Shown here in pieces: positions 48,396-60,824 of a stretch of DNA of 64,000 nt. Under the pieces are notes generated by a model. That model made no database searches, was not told the DNA's origin, and was given only the letters and a program-made list of their open reading frames with translations. This stretch comes from an uncultured Chloroflexia bacterium (GTDB lineage: Bacteria > Chloroflexota > Limnocylindria > Limnocylindrales > CSP1-4). The stretch covers positions 512,001-576,000 of the forward strand of contig CAVYIM010000004.1 of assembly GCA_963768655.1 (NCBI GenBank), read 5' to 3'. Within the stretch, counting starts at the first letter, position 1, and each line of letters starts with the position of its first letter. Position numbers and translations under genes: made by a program.

Positions 48396-50664
48396 TCAGC
48401 TAACCGGATTGCCACCTTCGCCGGGCGGGAAGACGGCGGGCGGCGCGCTGCCCGCGGGCGGGACTACAGCCGGCGGGATTACAGCCGGCGGGACGAAAGC
48501 CGGCGGCGCCGGAGGAGGTGCAAGAGCCCACGTGGCGGGGTCATAGCCAGCCGGCGGAGCCGGCGGGGGAGCGGGGGCCAACGTGGCGGGGTCATAGCCG
48601 GCCGACGGGGCATAGGGCCAGGCCGCCGCAGCGGCTGCCGGCGCCAGGGTCACCCTGGCGCGCCGCCGCCGGCGCCACACCAGGAACAGCACCGCCGCGA
48701 GGAGCGCGAGGAGCGCGAGGAGCAGGCCGAGCACGACGCCGAGCCTGATCAGCCCCTGGGTGCTGGACCCGTTGATGGCATCGATGGCCTTCTGGGCCGA
48801 GGCCGAGGCATCGTCGGGCTTCACGCTCTTGATGGACGCTACCGCCTGCGCGATCGACGACGCGGGGTCGGAGCCGATCAGGCCGATCGTCTGGAAGATG
48901 CTGTGGCTGCCGCTGTTCAGCTGCGTGGCCTGCGCGACTTTGACGGAAGCGTCGGACTCCTTCTGGATGAGCGCGAGCAGCGCGTCCAGATCCGCCTGCG
49001 TCTTGGCCCCTTCGAACTGGGTTTGGATGAGCGTTCCGTCGAGGTTGACGCCGGGCGCGTTCTTCTGAACCTGGTCGCGCAACGTCAGGATCTGGTTGAC
49101 GGTCTGCATGGCCGTCTGGGCGGTGGTGAAGTCCCAGGAGGCCATCGGGCCCCGGACCGCCAGCGGCATCTTCCAGGCGCCGGCCTCAGTGACCAGCTGG
49201 TGGTAGTTGGACCGAGCCGTCGATCGGGCCGTGAGGTCGGCCGCGGTGAAGATGCCGTAGGCGGCGAACAGGTCCTGGGCCTTGTCCAGATCCGTGACGC
49301 CCGCGGGCACCATGCCCCGCTCGTCGATCAGGTCGAGCAGGCTCTTGGGGGTGATCGGCGGCCCGCCGGCGGTCGACTTCTCGACCGGTGAAGCGCCCAC
49401 GTAGGCGATCTCGCCGGCGGAAGCGGCGCCGAGGACCGCCTTGAAGTTGGCCGGCCCGATTGCGTCGGCCAGCTGGGTTACGAGGTAGCACGAGGCGGCG
49501 TACTGCCAGTCGGAGAGGGTCTGGTCTTTGGCCGAGGAGTTGGCGTCCAGTAACGTCCAGGTCGTCAGGTCGGGCGAGCCCGTGCCCGGGTAAGCTCCCG
49601 GATCCCCGCAGACTTTGTAGTTGCCCGTGCCCGCGACCTGTTCGCTGTAGTCGGCGAAGCCCTCGTCCATCCATGTCTCGGTGAAGAGATTCGCGTTGAA
49701 CCAGACGTGCGAGAGTTCGTGGGCGACCGTGGCCTGATCCGTGTCCTCGGTCACGCTCGCAGTCTGGGTCTTCGGCGTGTAGGAGCCGGCATAGTCGCCG
49801 AGTTCCGATCCGCCGGCCTCCTCGATGACGATGGTGCCGCCGGGCATCTGCAGGCCGGTCAGGTCCTCCAGCTTCGCGATGTCGCTCATGACGTCCTGTG
49901 TAACTGCGGTCGCCCAGGTCGGGTCCTCGGGCCAGGCCTGAATCTCGAAGCCCTGGTTTCCGGCCGTCAAATTCGAGGTGGTCATGCCGGACGGATCGCT
50001 GGCTTCCAGGCAGGTCCAGAAGGCGGCTGGCTGCGAGACCGAGCCGCTGGCGAAGGTCTGTTCCCCCTTTGCGTCGGTGGACAGGGTCAGGGTCGTCCCG
50101 CCCGTGAAATCGACGTCGAAGCCGTCAGGGACTACGACGTTGACGGAGCCGCTGTCCGAGTAGAGGCCGTTGCCGACCGCGCAGAGCTCCGCGTATGCCT
50201 TGCCGGCCCGGAAGCCGCCAGGCGCGTGAGGAGCCGCCGGGATCGAGTAGGACACGGTGACGACACGCGTCTGCTTGTAGTAGACGGGCGGGTAGGTGAG
50301 CTTGACCTGACGGAGGCTGGCGTCGGAGCTCGATACGCTCTGGCTGACCTTGCCCGCGTTGGAAGTCGCCTTGAGGGTCCCAGCCTCCGTCTCGACCTCG
50401 ATGGACGTGCTGTTGTAGTAGTAGCTCGTGGTCACGGGGTACATGAAGCCGCCTTGATAAACCACGGCGGTCGTTGGCGGCTTGTTGTTCTTGATCGAGA
50501 GCTGAAATCGTAACGTCGATCTCGGACTTGGCCGGGTTCACGACGTAGGTCGTCGTGGCGGTCTCGACGACATCCGCCGTGGCCAGGGCGGGCAGGGGTG
50601 AGGCCAGGGCCGCCGTCCCGGCCAGGAGCATCGGTGCCAGCCCGAGAATCAGACGCCTGCGCAC
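48396..50664 (-). CDS. Exported, C-terminally membrane-anchored M1/gluzincin-like metallopeptidase (frameshift near 50500)
   Basis: VAHELSHVWF...WMDEGFADY (HExxH...E); signal peptide in an upstream frame; C-terminal TM and Pro-rich tail. Confidence 0.75.
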
Positions 50665-50936
50665 GACGAACCCCTTCCCGCTGACGTGGTGACCGATGAG
50701 ATTGCGTCTCCTCTCCGGCGGCGGGCGCCCCAGCCTCGAAACGCGCCGGAGGCAATCAGTCAAACGAGGCCGGCCGAACAAGTCAATGGCCGTACTTCCC
50801 GAACGCACCCGATTGACCGAATCGAGGCCCGCCGACCGGGCTGGAGAGCGGATCGGCCCGACGCGGGCGGAGGCACCAGACGCGGGCCACGCCTGTGCCA
50901 CGCAAGCTGTCATCGGCCCGCGGTATGGTGGTGGCG

Positions 50937-53900
50937 ATGCAACTCATCGATGGCCGGCCCGTCTTCGCGGCCACGGATCTGGTCGGCTTCCTGGCCTGCG
51001 AGCATCTCGTCGGGCTGGAACTGGCCGCGCTGGCCGGGCTCGTGGCGAAGCCGGATCGGCTGGACCCGGAGCTGGATCTGATCGCGAAGCGCGGAGAGGA
51101 GCACGAGCGGCGCTACCTCGCGGGACTGGAGGCGCAGGGGCGGCGAGTGACTCGAATCGCCGAGGACCGCGGACAGCCCGATCGCAGGGCGCGCTTGGAG
51201 GCCGCGGCAGGGGTGACACGCGAGGCCATCGAGCGTGGCGACGACGTGATCTACCAGGCCACGTTCTTCGATGGACGGTGGCTCGGGCTGGCGGACTTCC
51301 TGGTCCGGGACGTGCGGCCGAGCCGCCTCGGCGCCTGGAGTTACGAGGTCGTGGACACCAAGCTCGCCCGTCACGTCAGATCGTCCGCGCTCCTCCAGAT
51401 CTGCTCGTACGTGGAGCAGCTGACGGCGATCCAGGGTCTGGCGCCCGAGCGGATGTATGTCGCTCTGGGCGGCAGCGCGCGAACCGTCGAAGCCCATCGC
51501 GTGGCCGACTACATGGCGTACTACCGCACGGTCAAGGCGGCCTTCGAGGAGCGGGTGGAGGCCGACGGCGGGTTCGCCGCGGCGGCGGAATCCACCGAGC
51601 GGCACCTACCCCGAGCCGGTCGAGCACTGCGAGGTCTGCCGCTGGAGCCAGGTTTGCGCCCGCCGACGGCGGTCGGACGACGACCTGTCGCTCGTGGCCG
51701 GGGCATCGACCCGCCTGCGGCGAGCGCTGAAGGGCAGGGGAGTCCCAACGCGCCGCGGCCTTGCAGCCCTGGATCTGCCGCTCGCCGAGCCGCTGGCCGA
51801 GGTCGGTGCCGGAGTCCTACAGACCGGTCGCGACCAGGCCCGCATCCAGGTCCGCGGCCAGGACGAAGGACGCACGATCTACGAGCTGCTGCCGCCGAGC
51901 CGGCTGCCCGACGGCGCTCTCGAGCCGAACCGCGGCCTCACGAGCCTCCCGCCACCGCGACGCGGAGACCTCTTCTTCGACATAGAGGGCGACCCGTTCG
52001 CGCTGGAAGACGGGGTCGACTATCTGTTCGGGATCCTGGAGCCCGGCCTGGTCGGGCCCGACGGCGAGCCTACCTTCCATGCCTTCTGGGCGGTGGACGG
52101 GCAGGGCCAGGTGACGCACGAGTCGGAGAAGCGAGCCTTCGAGCAGGCCATCGACTTGATGATGGACCGCCTGGCGAGCGATCCCGAGATCCACATCTAC
52201 CACTACGCCGCCTACGAGCCGACGGCCGCCGGCCGCTTGATGGGCCGCCATGCCACGCGGGAGCTCGAGGTCGACCGGCTGCTGCGCGGCAAGGTCTTCG
52301 TCGACCTCTTTCGTGCCGTCCGCCAGGGACTGCGAGCCTCGGTGGAGAGCTACTCCATCAAGAAGCTGGAGCCGCTCTATGGACTCGCCCGCGAGGAGAG
52401 CCTGCGCGACGCCGGTTCGAGCATCGTCGCCTTCGAGAGCTGGCTGGCCGAGACGGAGACGGGGACGGCCAGCCCGGAGGCAAGGTCGCCCGAGACCGAT
52501 GCGACACTGCGCAGCATCGAGGCCTACAACCGCGACGACTGCGTGTCGAACTGGCTGCTCCGCGACTGGCTGGAGGGGCGCCGCGGCGAGCTGGCCGCCG
52601 AGATCGGCGAGCCTCTGCCGCGCCCCGGTCCGGCCGAGCCCGAGGCGGCGGAGAAGCTGACCGATCGCCTGGCCCACGTCGCCGAGGTTGCCGATCGGTT
52701 GTGCGCGGGCGCTCCGGAAGAGGCGGCGGATCGCACTCCCGCGCAGCACGCCCGCTGGCTGCTGGCTCAGCTGCTGAGCTGGCACAGGCGCGAGGAGAAG
52801 GCATTCTGGTGGCGCTACTTCCACCTCATGAACGACCTCACGGACGAGGAGCGAATCGCCGAACGGGAGCCGATCGGCGGGCTGACGCTGGTCGAATGCC
52901 TGGGGCCGTCGGCGCGCTCCACGGTATACCGGTATCGCTTTCCCGAGCAGGAGCACGCCATCGACGTGGGTACGGAGGTCGCGGACCCCGCCACGGGGCG
53001 CTCGCCGGGGGATGTGGTGGCGCTGGACGAGGCGGCGGGCACTCTGGACCTGCGGCGCGGGCCCAGGCGAGACGGCCCCCATCCCACGTCTCTGGTGCCG
53101 AGCGGTCGTGTCGGCACCGGGCCGCTGCGCGACAGCCTGCTTCGGATCGGCGAGTGGGTCGCCGAGCACGGCGTCGAAGGGCCGGGAGAGCACCGCGCGG
53201 CGCGGGAGCTGCTGCTCCGCAGGGCCCCCCGAGTTCGCGGCGGAGAGGCGCTGTGCCGGCCGGATGAGGAAGCGCTCGACGCCGCTCTGCGGATCGTGCC
53301 CGCGCTGGACGGTGGCTGCCTGGCGGTGCAGGGCCCGCCCGGCTCCGGCAAGACATACCTGGGCGCGGCGGCGATCGTGGAGCTCGTCCGGCGAGGGCGC
53401 AAGGTGGGCGTGACGGCCAACAGCCACAAGGTCATCGGCAATCTGCTCAATTCGGTCGCCGAGCGCGCCGCGGAGCGTGGCGTGAAGGTGCGGATCGGCC
53501 AGAAGACGGACATGAGCGGGGAATGCGCCTCGGACGCCGCCGAGGCGTTCGAGGGCGCCGCCGCGCTGCTCGCGGCGATCGAGGCCGGGGAGCTGGACGT
53601 GGTCGGCGGCACGGCCTGGGTCTGGTCGCGGCCGGACTTCGCCGAGCGACTCGACGTGCTCGTAGTGGACGAGGCCGGCCAGTTCTCGCTCGCCAACGCC
53701 GTGGCCGTTTCGCCGGCGGCCCGCGGCATGGTCCTCCTCGGCGACCCGCAGCAGCTGGATCAGCCGCTCCAGGGAACCCATCCGCCGGGCGCCGAGGCCT
53801 CCGCCCTGGGCCACGTGCTCGCCCGGGAATCCACCATGCCCGTGGACCGAGGCCTCTTCCTGGAACGTACTCGCCGGCTCCATCCGGATCTCTGCCGCTT

Positions 53901-54483
53901 CACGTCCGAGGCCTTCTACGAGAGCAGGCTCGGCTCCGTGGTCGGTCTGGAGAACCAGGATCTGGAGGCCTCGGGTGCGCTCTCGGGCACGGGCGTGCGC
54001 TACGTACCCGCGCGCCACGAAGGCAACACCAGCGAGTCGCCCGAGGAAGCGGAGCTGGTCGCCCGGCTGGTTCGCGACCTCGTCGCCGGCGGCGCAGTCT
54101 GGACGGACCGACTCGGGCGGACGCACCCGCTCAGCTGGGAGGATGTCGTGATCGTCGCTCCCTACAACGCCCAGGTCGCGGAGATCGGGCGGCGGCTACC
54201 GGCGGCGCGGGTCGGGACGGTCGACAAGTTCCAGGGACAGGAGGCGCCGGTGTCGATCTACTCGATGACCACGTCGGGGCCCGACGAGGCGCCGCGCGGC
54301 ATGGAGTTCCTCTACAGCCTCAACCGCCTCAACGTCGCCACCTCCCGGGCCCGCTGCCTGGCGGCCGTGGTAGCCAGCCCGGCGCTGGTGAGGGTCCGCG
54401 CCCGAACGCCTCGCCAGATGCGGCTCGCCAACGCTCTCTGCCGCTTCCTGGAACTGGCCGCGACCCAGGCGCCCGAGAGCTGA
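50937..54483 (+). CDS. TM0106-family RecB-like nuclease fused to RNase H-like and SF1 (DNA2/NAM7) helicase domains (frameshift near 51600)
   Basis: ADFLVR...YEVVDTKLAR...LLQ, FFDIEGDP, HIYHYAAYE, YNRDDC, QGPPGSGKT, VDEAGQ, GDPQQL, APYNAQV, TVDKFQGQE, NRLNVATSRA. Confidence 0.9.
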
Positions 54484-54656
54484 GGACGCGCGAACTCCGG
54501 CCCCGGCGCCGGATGTTTGCGGGTGCAGTGCCGCACCGGGACGACCGATACCTTCGAGGCGATCCCCCGTCGCAGGGAAGGTGCAGCCCGAGCGGCGCGA
54601 CGGCGTCGAGCGGGTGAGGCACCGATCGGATCGGCTACGCGCACCGAGGAACTCAT

Positions 54657-57245
54657 ATGCAACCCAGCACTGCCCAGTCCCGCCTCGCCGCGTGGCGCTC
54701 TACGCTCGTCCGCCGCGGCGTCTTCGCCGGGCTCGCGCTTGCCCTGGCGTTCCTCGCCGCGGGCGTCCTGGCCACCGCGTTCGGGGCCGCGGCGAGCCCT
54801 GCGCTGCTGACCCTTGGCATCGGCGCCACAGCCGGCTGGGCCGTCACCGCGGCGGCCTACATGTTCACCGTCGCGCGGCCGCTCGGCCGCCTCACCCGGA
54901 CCACGATCGCCCTGGCCGAGACGGACACGGCGGCCCTCTCGGACGCCCTCGGCGCGCTGGCGGAAGGGGATCTGACACGCAAGCTGAAGATGCAGGTCAG
55001 GCCGATCGCGATCGATGGGACCCTCGAGGTCACCCGCCTGTGCGACGGCATCGGGGGCATCATCGCCCGGCTCGGCGACAGCGCCTCCCAGCTCAACAGC
55101 GTCACCGACGAGGCGTGCCGGCGCCTCTTCTACGTCGGTGGCGACGGGTACCTCCAGGGCCAGACGGGCGGCGAGGCCATGGGCCGCGCCCTCGACGGCA
55201 GGGGCCAGGTCCTGGTCGTGACGGCGTCTTTCTCCCATCTCAGCCTGGAGCTGCGTCGTCACGGATTCGAGGGGATCCTGCGGGAGCGATATCCGAACGT
55301 CGAGGTCGTCGAGTCGATAGAGACCATCGGCGAGGGGCCTGAGATGCGCGTCGCCACTGCCGCGGCGCTGAAGCGCCACCCGCGACTGGCGGGCATATAC
55401 GTCACGGTCGCCGGCGGCGGAGCGGCCCAGGCCGTGGTCGATGCCGGCCTGGCCGGGAAGCTGACACTCATCAGCCACGACCTCGTGGACGAGTCGATGC
55501 CCTACGTCATCAACGGCGTCATCACCGCCGCGATCGGCCAGGACCCGTACGGTCAGGGGCACGATCCGGTCATCCATCTGTTCAACTACCTTGCCGCCGG
55601 CTGGCAACCGCCCAGGTCGCGGCTGCTGACGGCCATGGACCTGGTCACGTCCGCCAACGTGGGGCAGTTTTGGCAGGCCGGCAAGGGCGCCATCGAGTCG
55701 GCGGCCGTCGCCGCCCGCCGCCCCAGGCCGATGCAGGTCGCGCACCGCCGCATCCGGATTGCCGTCCTCGGCCTCGCCGACACGCCCTTCTGGGATCTCG
55801 TCCGGGACGGCGCGATGGCCGCCGCGGAGGAGTTGCGGCCCTTCAACGCCGAGGCGGAGTGGATCGTTCCCGAGCCGAGCAAGTCCTTCGACATGGTCGT
55901 AAGGTCACAGGCTATCGAGACGCTCGCCGGGCAGGGCTGGGACGCCCTCGCCACACCGGTATTCGACACCGGCCTGGTGGCGAGCATCAACCGGGTCGTC
56001 GCCGCGGGCGTGCCGGTCGCGACGTTCAACTCGGAGTCGTCGAGCTTGCGCGGCCTGATGGATCAGCTCTCCCATCGTGCCCAGAAGCTGATCGAGGTCA
56101 GCGACGTCATCGCCGGTTCCGCGAGGTCCTCCGGTCTGGCTACGAGCCAGATCGCCGGGAACATCTCGCAGATGGCGGACGCGGCCACCAGCGAAGCCGC
56201 CGCAATGACCAGGGCCAACTCCAGCATCGAACGGATCGCCGAGTCCGTCGAAGCCATCGCCAGCGGCGCGCGAGATCAGGCCCAGGCCGCTGACAGCCTG
56301 TCGGAAGCTGCCGGCCACATCGCGCAAGCGGTCGAGATGGCCGGGTCGAGCTCCGAAACCGTCGTGGCCGCCACCGTCGAGGCCGTGGCCACGGCCGAGC
56401 GCGGATCGGACGCCATTCGCCAGACCCTGGCCCAGATGAAATCGATCGAAAGCGCCGTCGACTCTTCGGCGGGGACGATCCAGGAGACCAACGCCCGAGC
56501 CCAGCAGATCGGCGAGATCGTCGGCACCATCGAAGACATAGCCGCGCAGACGAACCTGCTGGCGCTGAACGCGGCGATCGAGGCGGCCCGGGCCGGGGAT
56601 CAGGGCAAGGGCTTCGCCGTCGTCGCCAGCGAGGTTCGCAAGCTGGCGGAGAAGTCGGCGGCGGCGACCAAGGAGATCGGGGCGATCATCAACTCCGTCC
56701 AGGCCAGCGCCCAGCGCGCCGCGGAGGCGATGGACGTAGCCATGCAGAAAGTGCACGACGGTTCGTCGCTGGCCCAGCACTCCGGCCAGGCGCTCGACCA
56801 GCTCCTCGAATCGGCCAAGACGACGCGGCGCCAGACGGGCGAGATGGCCAGCGCCAACCAGACCGTAGCCGACGTGATGGTCGATCTGACGTCGGCTATC
56901 CAGCGCGTCTCTGCGGTCGTCACGGCCAACATGAACCGGTCCGAGATGGCGGCCGGCGGCATTCGCGAGACGCTCGAGATCGTCGAGAGCGTGGCCGCTC
57001 TGTCGGAGGAGAACGCCGCTTCGGCAGAACGCGTTTCCTCCTCGACCGGCCTGGTTTCTCAGCAGGCGCAGGAAGTGAACGAGGCCGCCGTCGAGCTGAC
57101 CGCCATCGCGCGAGAGCTCGAGGGGGCGACGGCTCGGTTCAGGCTGACCCGCGACGACGAGGCGGCTGATGTCGCTTCAGGCGTCGTGGCCGGCGAGCAG
57201 GCCGCGGACACGGGCTCGCGAGGCCGATCGAGGAAGGCCGCCTGA
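54657..57245 (+). CDS. Methyl-accepting chemotaxis protein with an inserted sugar-binding (RbsB-like) domain
   Basis: Two TMs, HAMP (LAEGDLT), PBP-like insert, then [38 protein letters not shown]. Confidence 0.92.
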   Translation: MQPSTAQSRLAAWRSTLVRRGVFAGLALALAFLAAGVLATAFGAAASPALLTLGIGATAGWAVTAAAYMFTVARPLGRLTRTTIALAETDTAALSDALGALAEGDLTRKLKMQVRPIAIDGTLEVTRLCDGIGGIIARLGDSASQLNSVTDEACRRLFYVGGDGYLQGQTGGEAMGRALDGRGQVLVVTASFSHLSLELRRHGFEGILRERYPNVEVVESIETIGEGPEMRVATAAALKRHPRLAGIYVTVAGGGAAQAVVDAGLAGKLTLISHDLVDESMPYVINGVITAAIGQDPYGQGHDPVIHLFNYLAAGWQPPRSRLLTAMDLVTSANVGQFWQAGKGAIESAAVAARRPRPMQVAHRRIRIAVLGLADTPFWDLVRDGAMAAAEELRPFNAEAEWIVPEPSKSFDMVVRSQAIETLAGQGWDALATPVFDTGLVASINRVVAAGVPVATFNSESSSLRGLMDQLSHRAQKLIEVSDVIAGSARSSGLATSQIAGNISQMADAATSEAAAMTRANSSIERIAESVEAIASGARDQAQAADSLSEAAGHIAQAVEMAGSSSETVVAATVEAVATAERGSDAIRQTLAQMKSIESAVDSSAGTIQETNARAQQIGEIVGTIEDIAAQTNLLALNAAIEAARAGDQGKGFAVVASEVRKLAEKSAAATKEIGAIINSVQASAQRAAEAMDVAMQKVHDGSSLAQHSGQALDQLLESAKTTRRQTGEMASANQTVADVMVDLTSAIQRVSAVVTANMNRSEMAAGGIRETLEIVESVAALSEENAASAERVSSSTGLVSQQAQEVNEAAVELTAIARELEGATARFRLTRDDEAADVASGVVAGEQAADTGSRGRSRKAA

Positions 57246-57397
57246 GCGGTCTCCGATAGACCGGCAGGCCCCGGACCGGGCTTCGTCTGCCGGTTCGGGA
57301 CTCGATCGAACCGAAGTCTCCATGCGCGCGGGCTACTCTATGGCCGGAACCGGCCTCTCCGCTAAGTCGACCGGTCGCCGAGAGAGGAGCCCAGGCA

Positions 57398-58381
57398 ATG
57401 CAGTACCGCAGGCTCGGCAAGACCGGCCGTGACGTGAGTGCGATCGGCTTCGGCGCGTGGGCGATCGGCGCCGATTGGGGGGTCGTAGACGACGGCGAAA
57501 GCCTCCGGGCGCTGCACGCGGCCGCCGACGCGGGCGTCACGCTCATCGACACCGCCGACGTCTACGGCGACGGTCGCAGCGAGAGGATCGTCGGCCGGTT
57601 CCTCCGCGAGCGAAGCGGCGAGCGGTTCTTCGTCGCCACGAAGATGGGCCGGCGCGTACCCCTGGACATGGCGTCGTACACCCCCGACAACTTCCGAGCC
57701 TGGATCGATCGAAGCCGGGGAAACCTCCGCGTGGACTGCCTGGATCTCGTCCAGCTGCATTGCCTCCCGACCGACGTCTACTACCATCCCGAGACCTTCG
57801 CCGCTCTCGACGACCTGGTGGCAGCCGGCGCGATCGCCAGCTACGGCGTCAGCGTCGAGCGGGTCGAGGAGGGCCTCAAGGCCATCGAGTATCCAGGCCT
57901 CGCCTCGGTCCAGATCATCTTCAACATGCTCCGCCAGCGCCCCGCCGACCACTTCCTGTCCGAGGCGAAGCGGCGCGACGTGGGCGTCCTGGCGCGAGTC
58001 CCGCTGGCGTCCGGGCTGCTGACCGGCAAGATGAGCCGGCAGACCGCCTTCGACGCCTCCGACCACCGTTCGTACAACCGTCACGGCGAGGCCTTCGACG
58101 TGGGCGAGACGTTCGCCGGCGTGGATTACGACGCCGGCCTGGCCTTCGTCGAAGAGCTCAGAGCCCTCGTGCCCGGCGGCGCCACGATGGCCCAGATGGC
58201 GCTGCGCTGGATCCTGGCCTTCGATGGCGTGACGACGGCGATCCCCGGCGCCAAATCGCCCGAACAGGCCCGGACGAACGCCGCCGCGGCCGATCTGGCG
58301 GCCATCCAGCCGGCCACCCTCGAGCGCATCCGGGCCATGTACGAGGAGCGCATCAAACCCCTCGTTCACCAGCGCTGGTAG
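57398..58381 (+). CDS. Aldo/keto reductase
   Basis: YRRLGKTG..VSAIGFGAW, IDTADVYG.G.SE, LDLVQLH, PLASGLLTGK, IPGAK. Confidence 0.95.
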   Translation: MQYRRLGKTGRDVSAIGFGAWAIGADWGVVDDGESLRALHAAADAGVTLIDTADVYGDGRSERIVGRFLRERSGERFFVATKMGRRVPLDMASYTPDNFRAWIDRSRGNLRVDCLDLVQLHCLPTDVYYHPETFAALDDLVAAGAIASYGVSVERVEEGLKAIEYPGLASVQIIFNMLRQRPADHFLSEAKRRDVGVLARVPLASGLLTGKMSRQTAFDASDHRSYNRHGEAFDVGETFAGVDYDAGLAFVEELRALVPGGATMAQMALRWILAFDGVTTAIPGAKSPEQARTNAAAADLAAIQPATLERIRAMYEERIKPLVHQRW

Positions 58382-58439
58382 CGTCGGCGGGCGAGGCGGC
58401 CGATCACGTCGACTGCCCGCCTCCGACGGCAGTGGGAGG

Positions 58440-58871
58440 TCAGCTCAGGCGTTCGAGCAGGATCACCGGAATGACGCGCGTCGTCCGCGCCTGGTACTCG
58501 AGGAAGCCGGGATATTCGGCCGCATGCTGGGCATAGAGGCGATCTCGCTCGGCGCCCTCGACCACCGTGGCCCGGGCCGAGAACGTCTCCCCACCGGCTT
58601 CGACCGTCACCGTCGGGTTCGCCACGAGATTGAGATACCATGCCGGATGCACCGGCGCTCCGCCCTTCGAGGCGACGATGACGAGACGGTCGCCGTCGCG
58701 TGAGTAGACGACCGGCGCCAGACGCGGCTGGCCCGTCTTCGCTCCGGTGGTGGTGAGCAGCAGCACCCGGCGCCCCGCGAACGGTCCAGTACTGACCCGG
58801 CCGTCGTGGGCTCGGAAATCCTCGATCAGGGAAGAGTTGAAGCTGGCGAATCGTGGGTCCGGGCCGGTCAT
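58440..58871 (-). CDS. Deazaflavin (F420)-dependent nitroreductase, Ddn family
   Basis: LLLTTTGAKTGQPR, VASKGG...HPAWYLNLVANP, YQART.RVIPV. Confidence 0.92.
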   Translation of the reverse strand: MTGPDPRFASFNSSLIEDFRAHDGRVSTGPFAGRRVLLLTTTGAKTGQPRLAPVVYSRDGDRLVIVASKGGAPVHPAWYLNLVANPTVTVEAGGETFSARATVVEGAERDRLYAQHAAEYPGFLEYQARTTRVIPVILLERLS

Positions 58872-59080
58872 GAAACCTCCGGTTGAGATCCGTGGAGACT
58901 AGCTGAGCTTCATCGTAACGCGCGCCCCGATTGACCCGGAGTGGCCGGTCGATCGTGTAGCAGGATGCGCCACGGCCGGCGCCCGGCCGTGGCGCCGGCG
59001 GTCGGCGCCGGCGGCGGGACTTCGCAACGCGGGGGAGAGGCGCCGCCGATGCCGCGTCCCCGGGGATATGGCCCGGCCGT

Positions 59081-60568
59081 TCAGCCGCGCGGCAACCGCC
59101 CGTAGAGCTCTCGGTAGATGGCGGACATGCCCGCGTAGAGCTCGACGCTCGCCGGATCCGGCTCCATCACGCGTGTGTCGGCCGGCAGCGGCGGGACTCC
59201 ATTCGCCGTCGAAGGGATGACGCCGCCGGCGACGGCGCCGAGCAGCGCCGCGCCCCGGGCCGATCCATGCTCCGTTGCGCCGAGGGCGACCGGGAGATCG
59301 AGGACGTCGGCGATGATCTGCTGCCACAGGCGATTGACGCCGCCGCCCGCGACGACGCCCGAGGTCGGTCGCACGCCGATGCCGCGCATGAGATCGAGGC
59401 CTTCGGCCAGGGCAAAGGCCACTCCCTCCAGAACCGCCCGGGTCAGCTCCGGGGCGGTGTGGCTGATGCGCAGCCCGACCATCGCGCCTCGTGCGGCCGG
59501 GTCGAAGTGCGGCGTCCGTTCGCCGCGCAGGTACGGCAGGAAGATCAGGCCGTCGCTCCCGGCCGGTACCTTGGCGGCGGCCGCCAGCAACTCGCGGCTG
59601 CCGTTGGGGTCGTCGGGGCGCAGCAGTCGAACGACCCAGTCGAGCGAGGCCGCGGCCGAGAGGATCGCGGCCATGACGCACCACTGGCCGGGGACGACAT
59701 GGGCCAGCCCATGGAGGCGCCCGTCGGGGTCGATGTGCGGCTGGGCCACCGGCGCGAGCACCTGCCCGCCCGTGCCGAGCGAGATGAGCACCGTGCCCTT
59801 CGCGTCTTCTTCCCGGGCCATGCCCAGGCCCAGGGCCGCCGCAGGGGCATCGGCTCCGCCCACCGCCACGGCGATCCCGGCCGGCAGGCCCAGCGCCCGG
59901 GCGGCATCCTCGCGCAAAGCCCCGGCTTTCGTCTCCGATTCCATGAGCGGTGGCAGCAGCCCGGCGTCGATCTCCAGTTTCCCGCAAATCTCCGGCGCCC
60001 AGGTCCGGGCCCGCAGATCGAACAGGAGCGTCGCGGAGGCGTCGGAGACGTCGCTCGCCACCTCGCCCGTCAGGCGCGCCCGCAGGGCGTCCTTGGGTTG
60101 CACGATCCAGCGCGTACGGGCGAAGACGTCCGGCTCGTGGGCCGCGACCCACATGATCTTGGGCGCCGTGAAGCTGACGTTCGATCGATTGCCTGTCAGG
60201 GCCACCAGCTCCCCGCGCGGAATTCGCTTCTCGATCTCGGCCGCCTCGGCCTCGGCGCGACCGTCAGACCACATCAGGGCCGGTCGAACCGGGACGGCGG
60301 CGGCGTCGAGGAAGACGGCGCTGTGCATCTGGCCGGTGAGGCCGAGGGCGACGACGTCCGCGCCCCGCATGCTCGGTCGGGACAGCATCTCGGACATCCC
60401 CAGACGCAGCGCATCCCACCAGCGATCCGGGTTCTGCTCCGCGTAGCCGGGTTGACGGGATTCCGTGGCGTACGAGGCCATCGTCACCCCGAGGGCATTG
60501 CCCTCCTCGTCCAGGGCGAGCAACTTGACCCGCGACGACCCAAGATCGATCCCGATCGAGACGCGCAC
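59081..60568 (-). CDS. xylB: Xylulokinase (FGGY family)
   Basis: GIDLGSS.VK, GLTGQMHS, W.DGR, DVSDASAT, SLGTGG, FLPYL.GERTP, AVLEGV. Confidence 0.85.
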   Translation of the reverse strand: MRVSIGIDLGSSRVKLLALDEEGNALGVTMASYATESRQPGYAEQNPDRWWDALRLGMSEMLSRPSMRGADVVALGLTGQMHSAVFLDAAAVPVRPALMWSDGRAEAEAAEIEKRIPRGELVALTGNRSNVSFTAPKIMWVAAHEPDVFARTRWIVQPKDALRARLTGEVASDVSDASATLLFDLRARTWAPEICGKLEIDAGLLPPLMESETKAGALREDAARALGLPAGIAVAVGGADAPAAALGLGMAREEDAKGTVLISLGTGGQVLAPVAQPHIDPDGRLHGLAHVVPGQWCVMAAILSAAASLDWVVRLLRPDDPNGSRELLAAAAKVPAGSDGLIFLPYLRGERTPHFDPAARGAMVGLRISHTAPELTRAVLEGVAFALAEGLDLMRGIGVRPTSGVVAGGGVNRLWQQIIADVLDLPVALGATEHGSARGAALLGAVAGGVIPSTANGVPPLPADTRVMEPDPASVELYAGMSAIYRELYGRLPRG

Positions 60569-60824
60569 CGATACCTCCGAACTAGCCCCCGGACCATCGA
60601 CCTGTCGGCCGTAAGGTTACCGCCCGGCGCGGCATCGAGAGGCGAATGCAAGATATCGAATCAGTTCGCGCCGGCCCTGGAGACCCGACTGCCGGTTTGC
60701 GCGGGCGCCGGCGCACCGAACGGCGCGACGCGACAGTGGCCCAACCAGTCCTGGAGCCATACCCCGCGACTGCCGATCACGATCGACGTGACACCCGGGA
60801 CCGGGCGACTCCAACTCGGCTGCG

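Noticed and set aside
48455-48610. 15-nt and longer repeats near the peptidase 3' end
   Set aside because: They encode the Pro-rich tail (PPAV, GYDPAT) and are ordinary low-complexity coding repeats.
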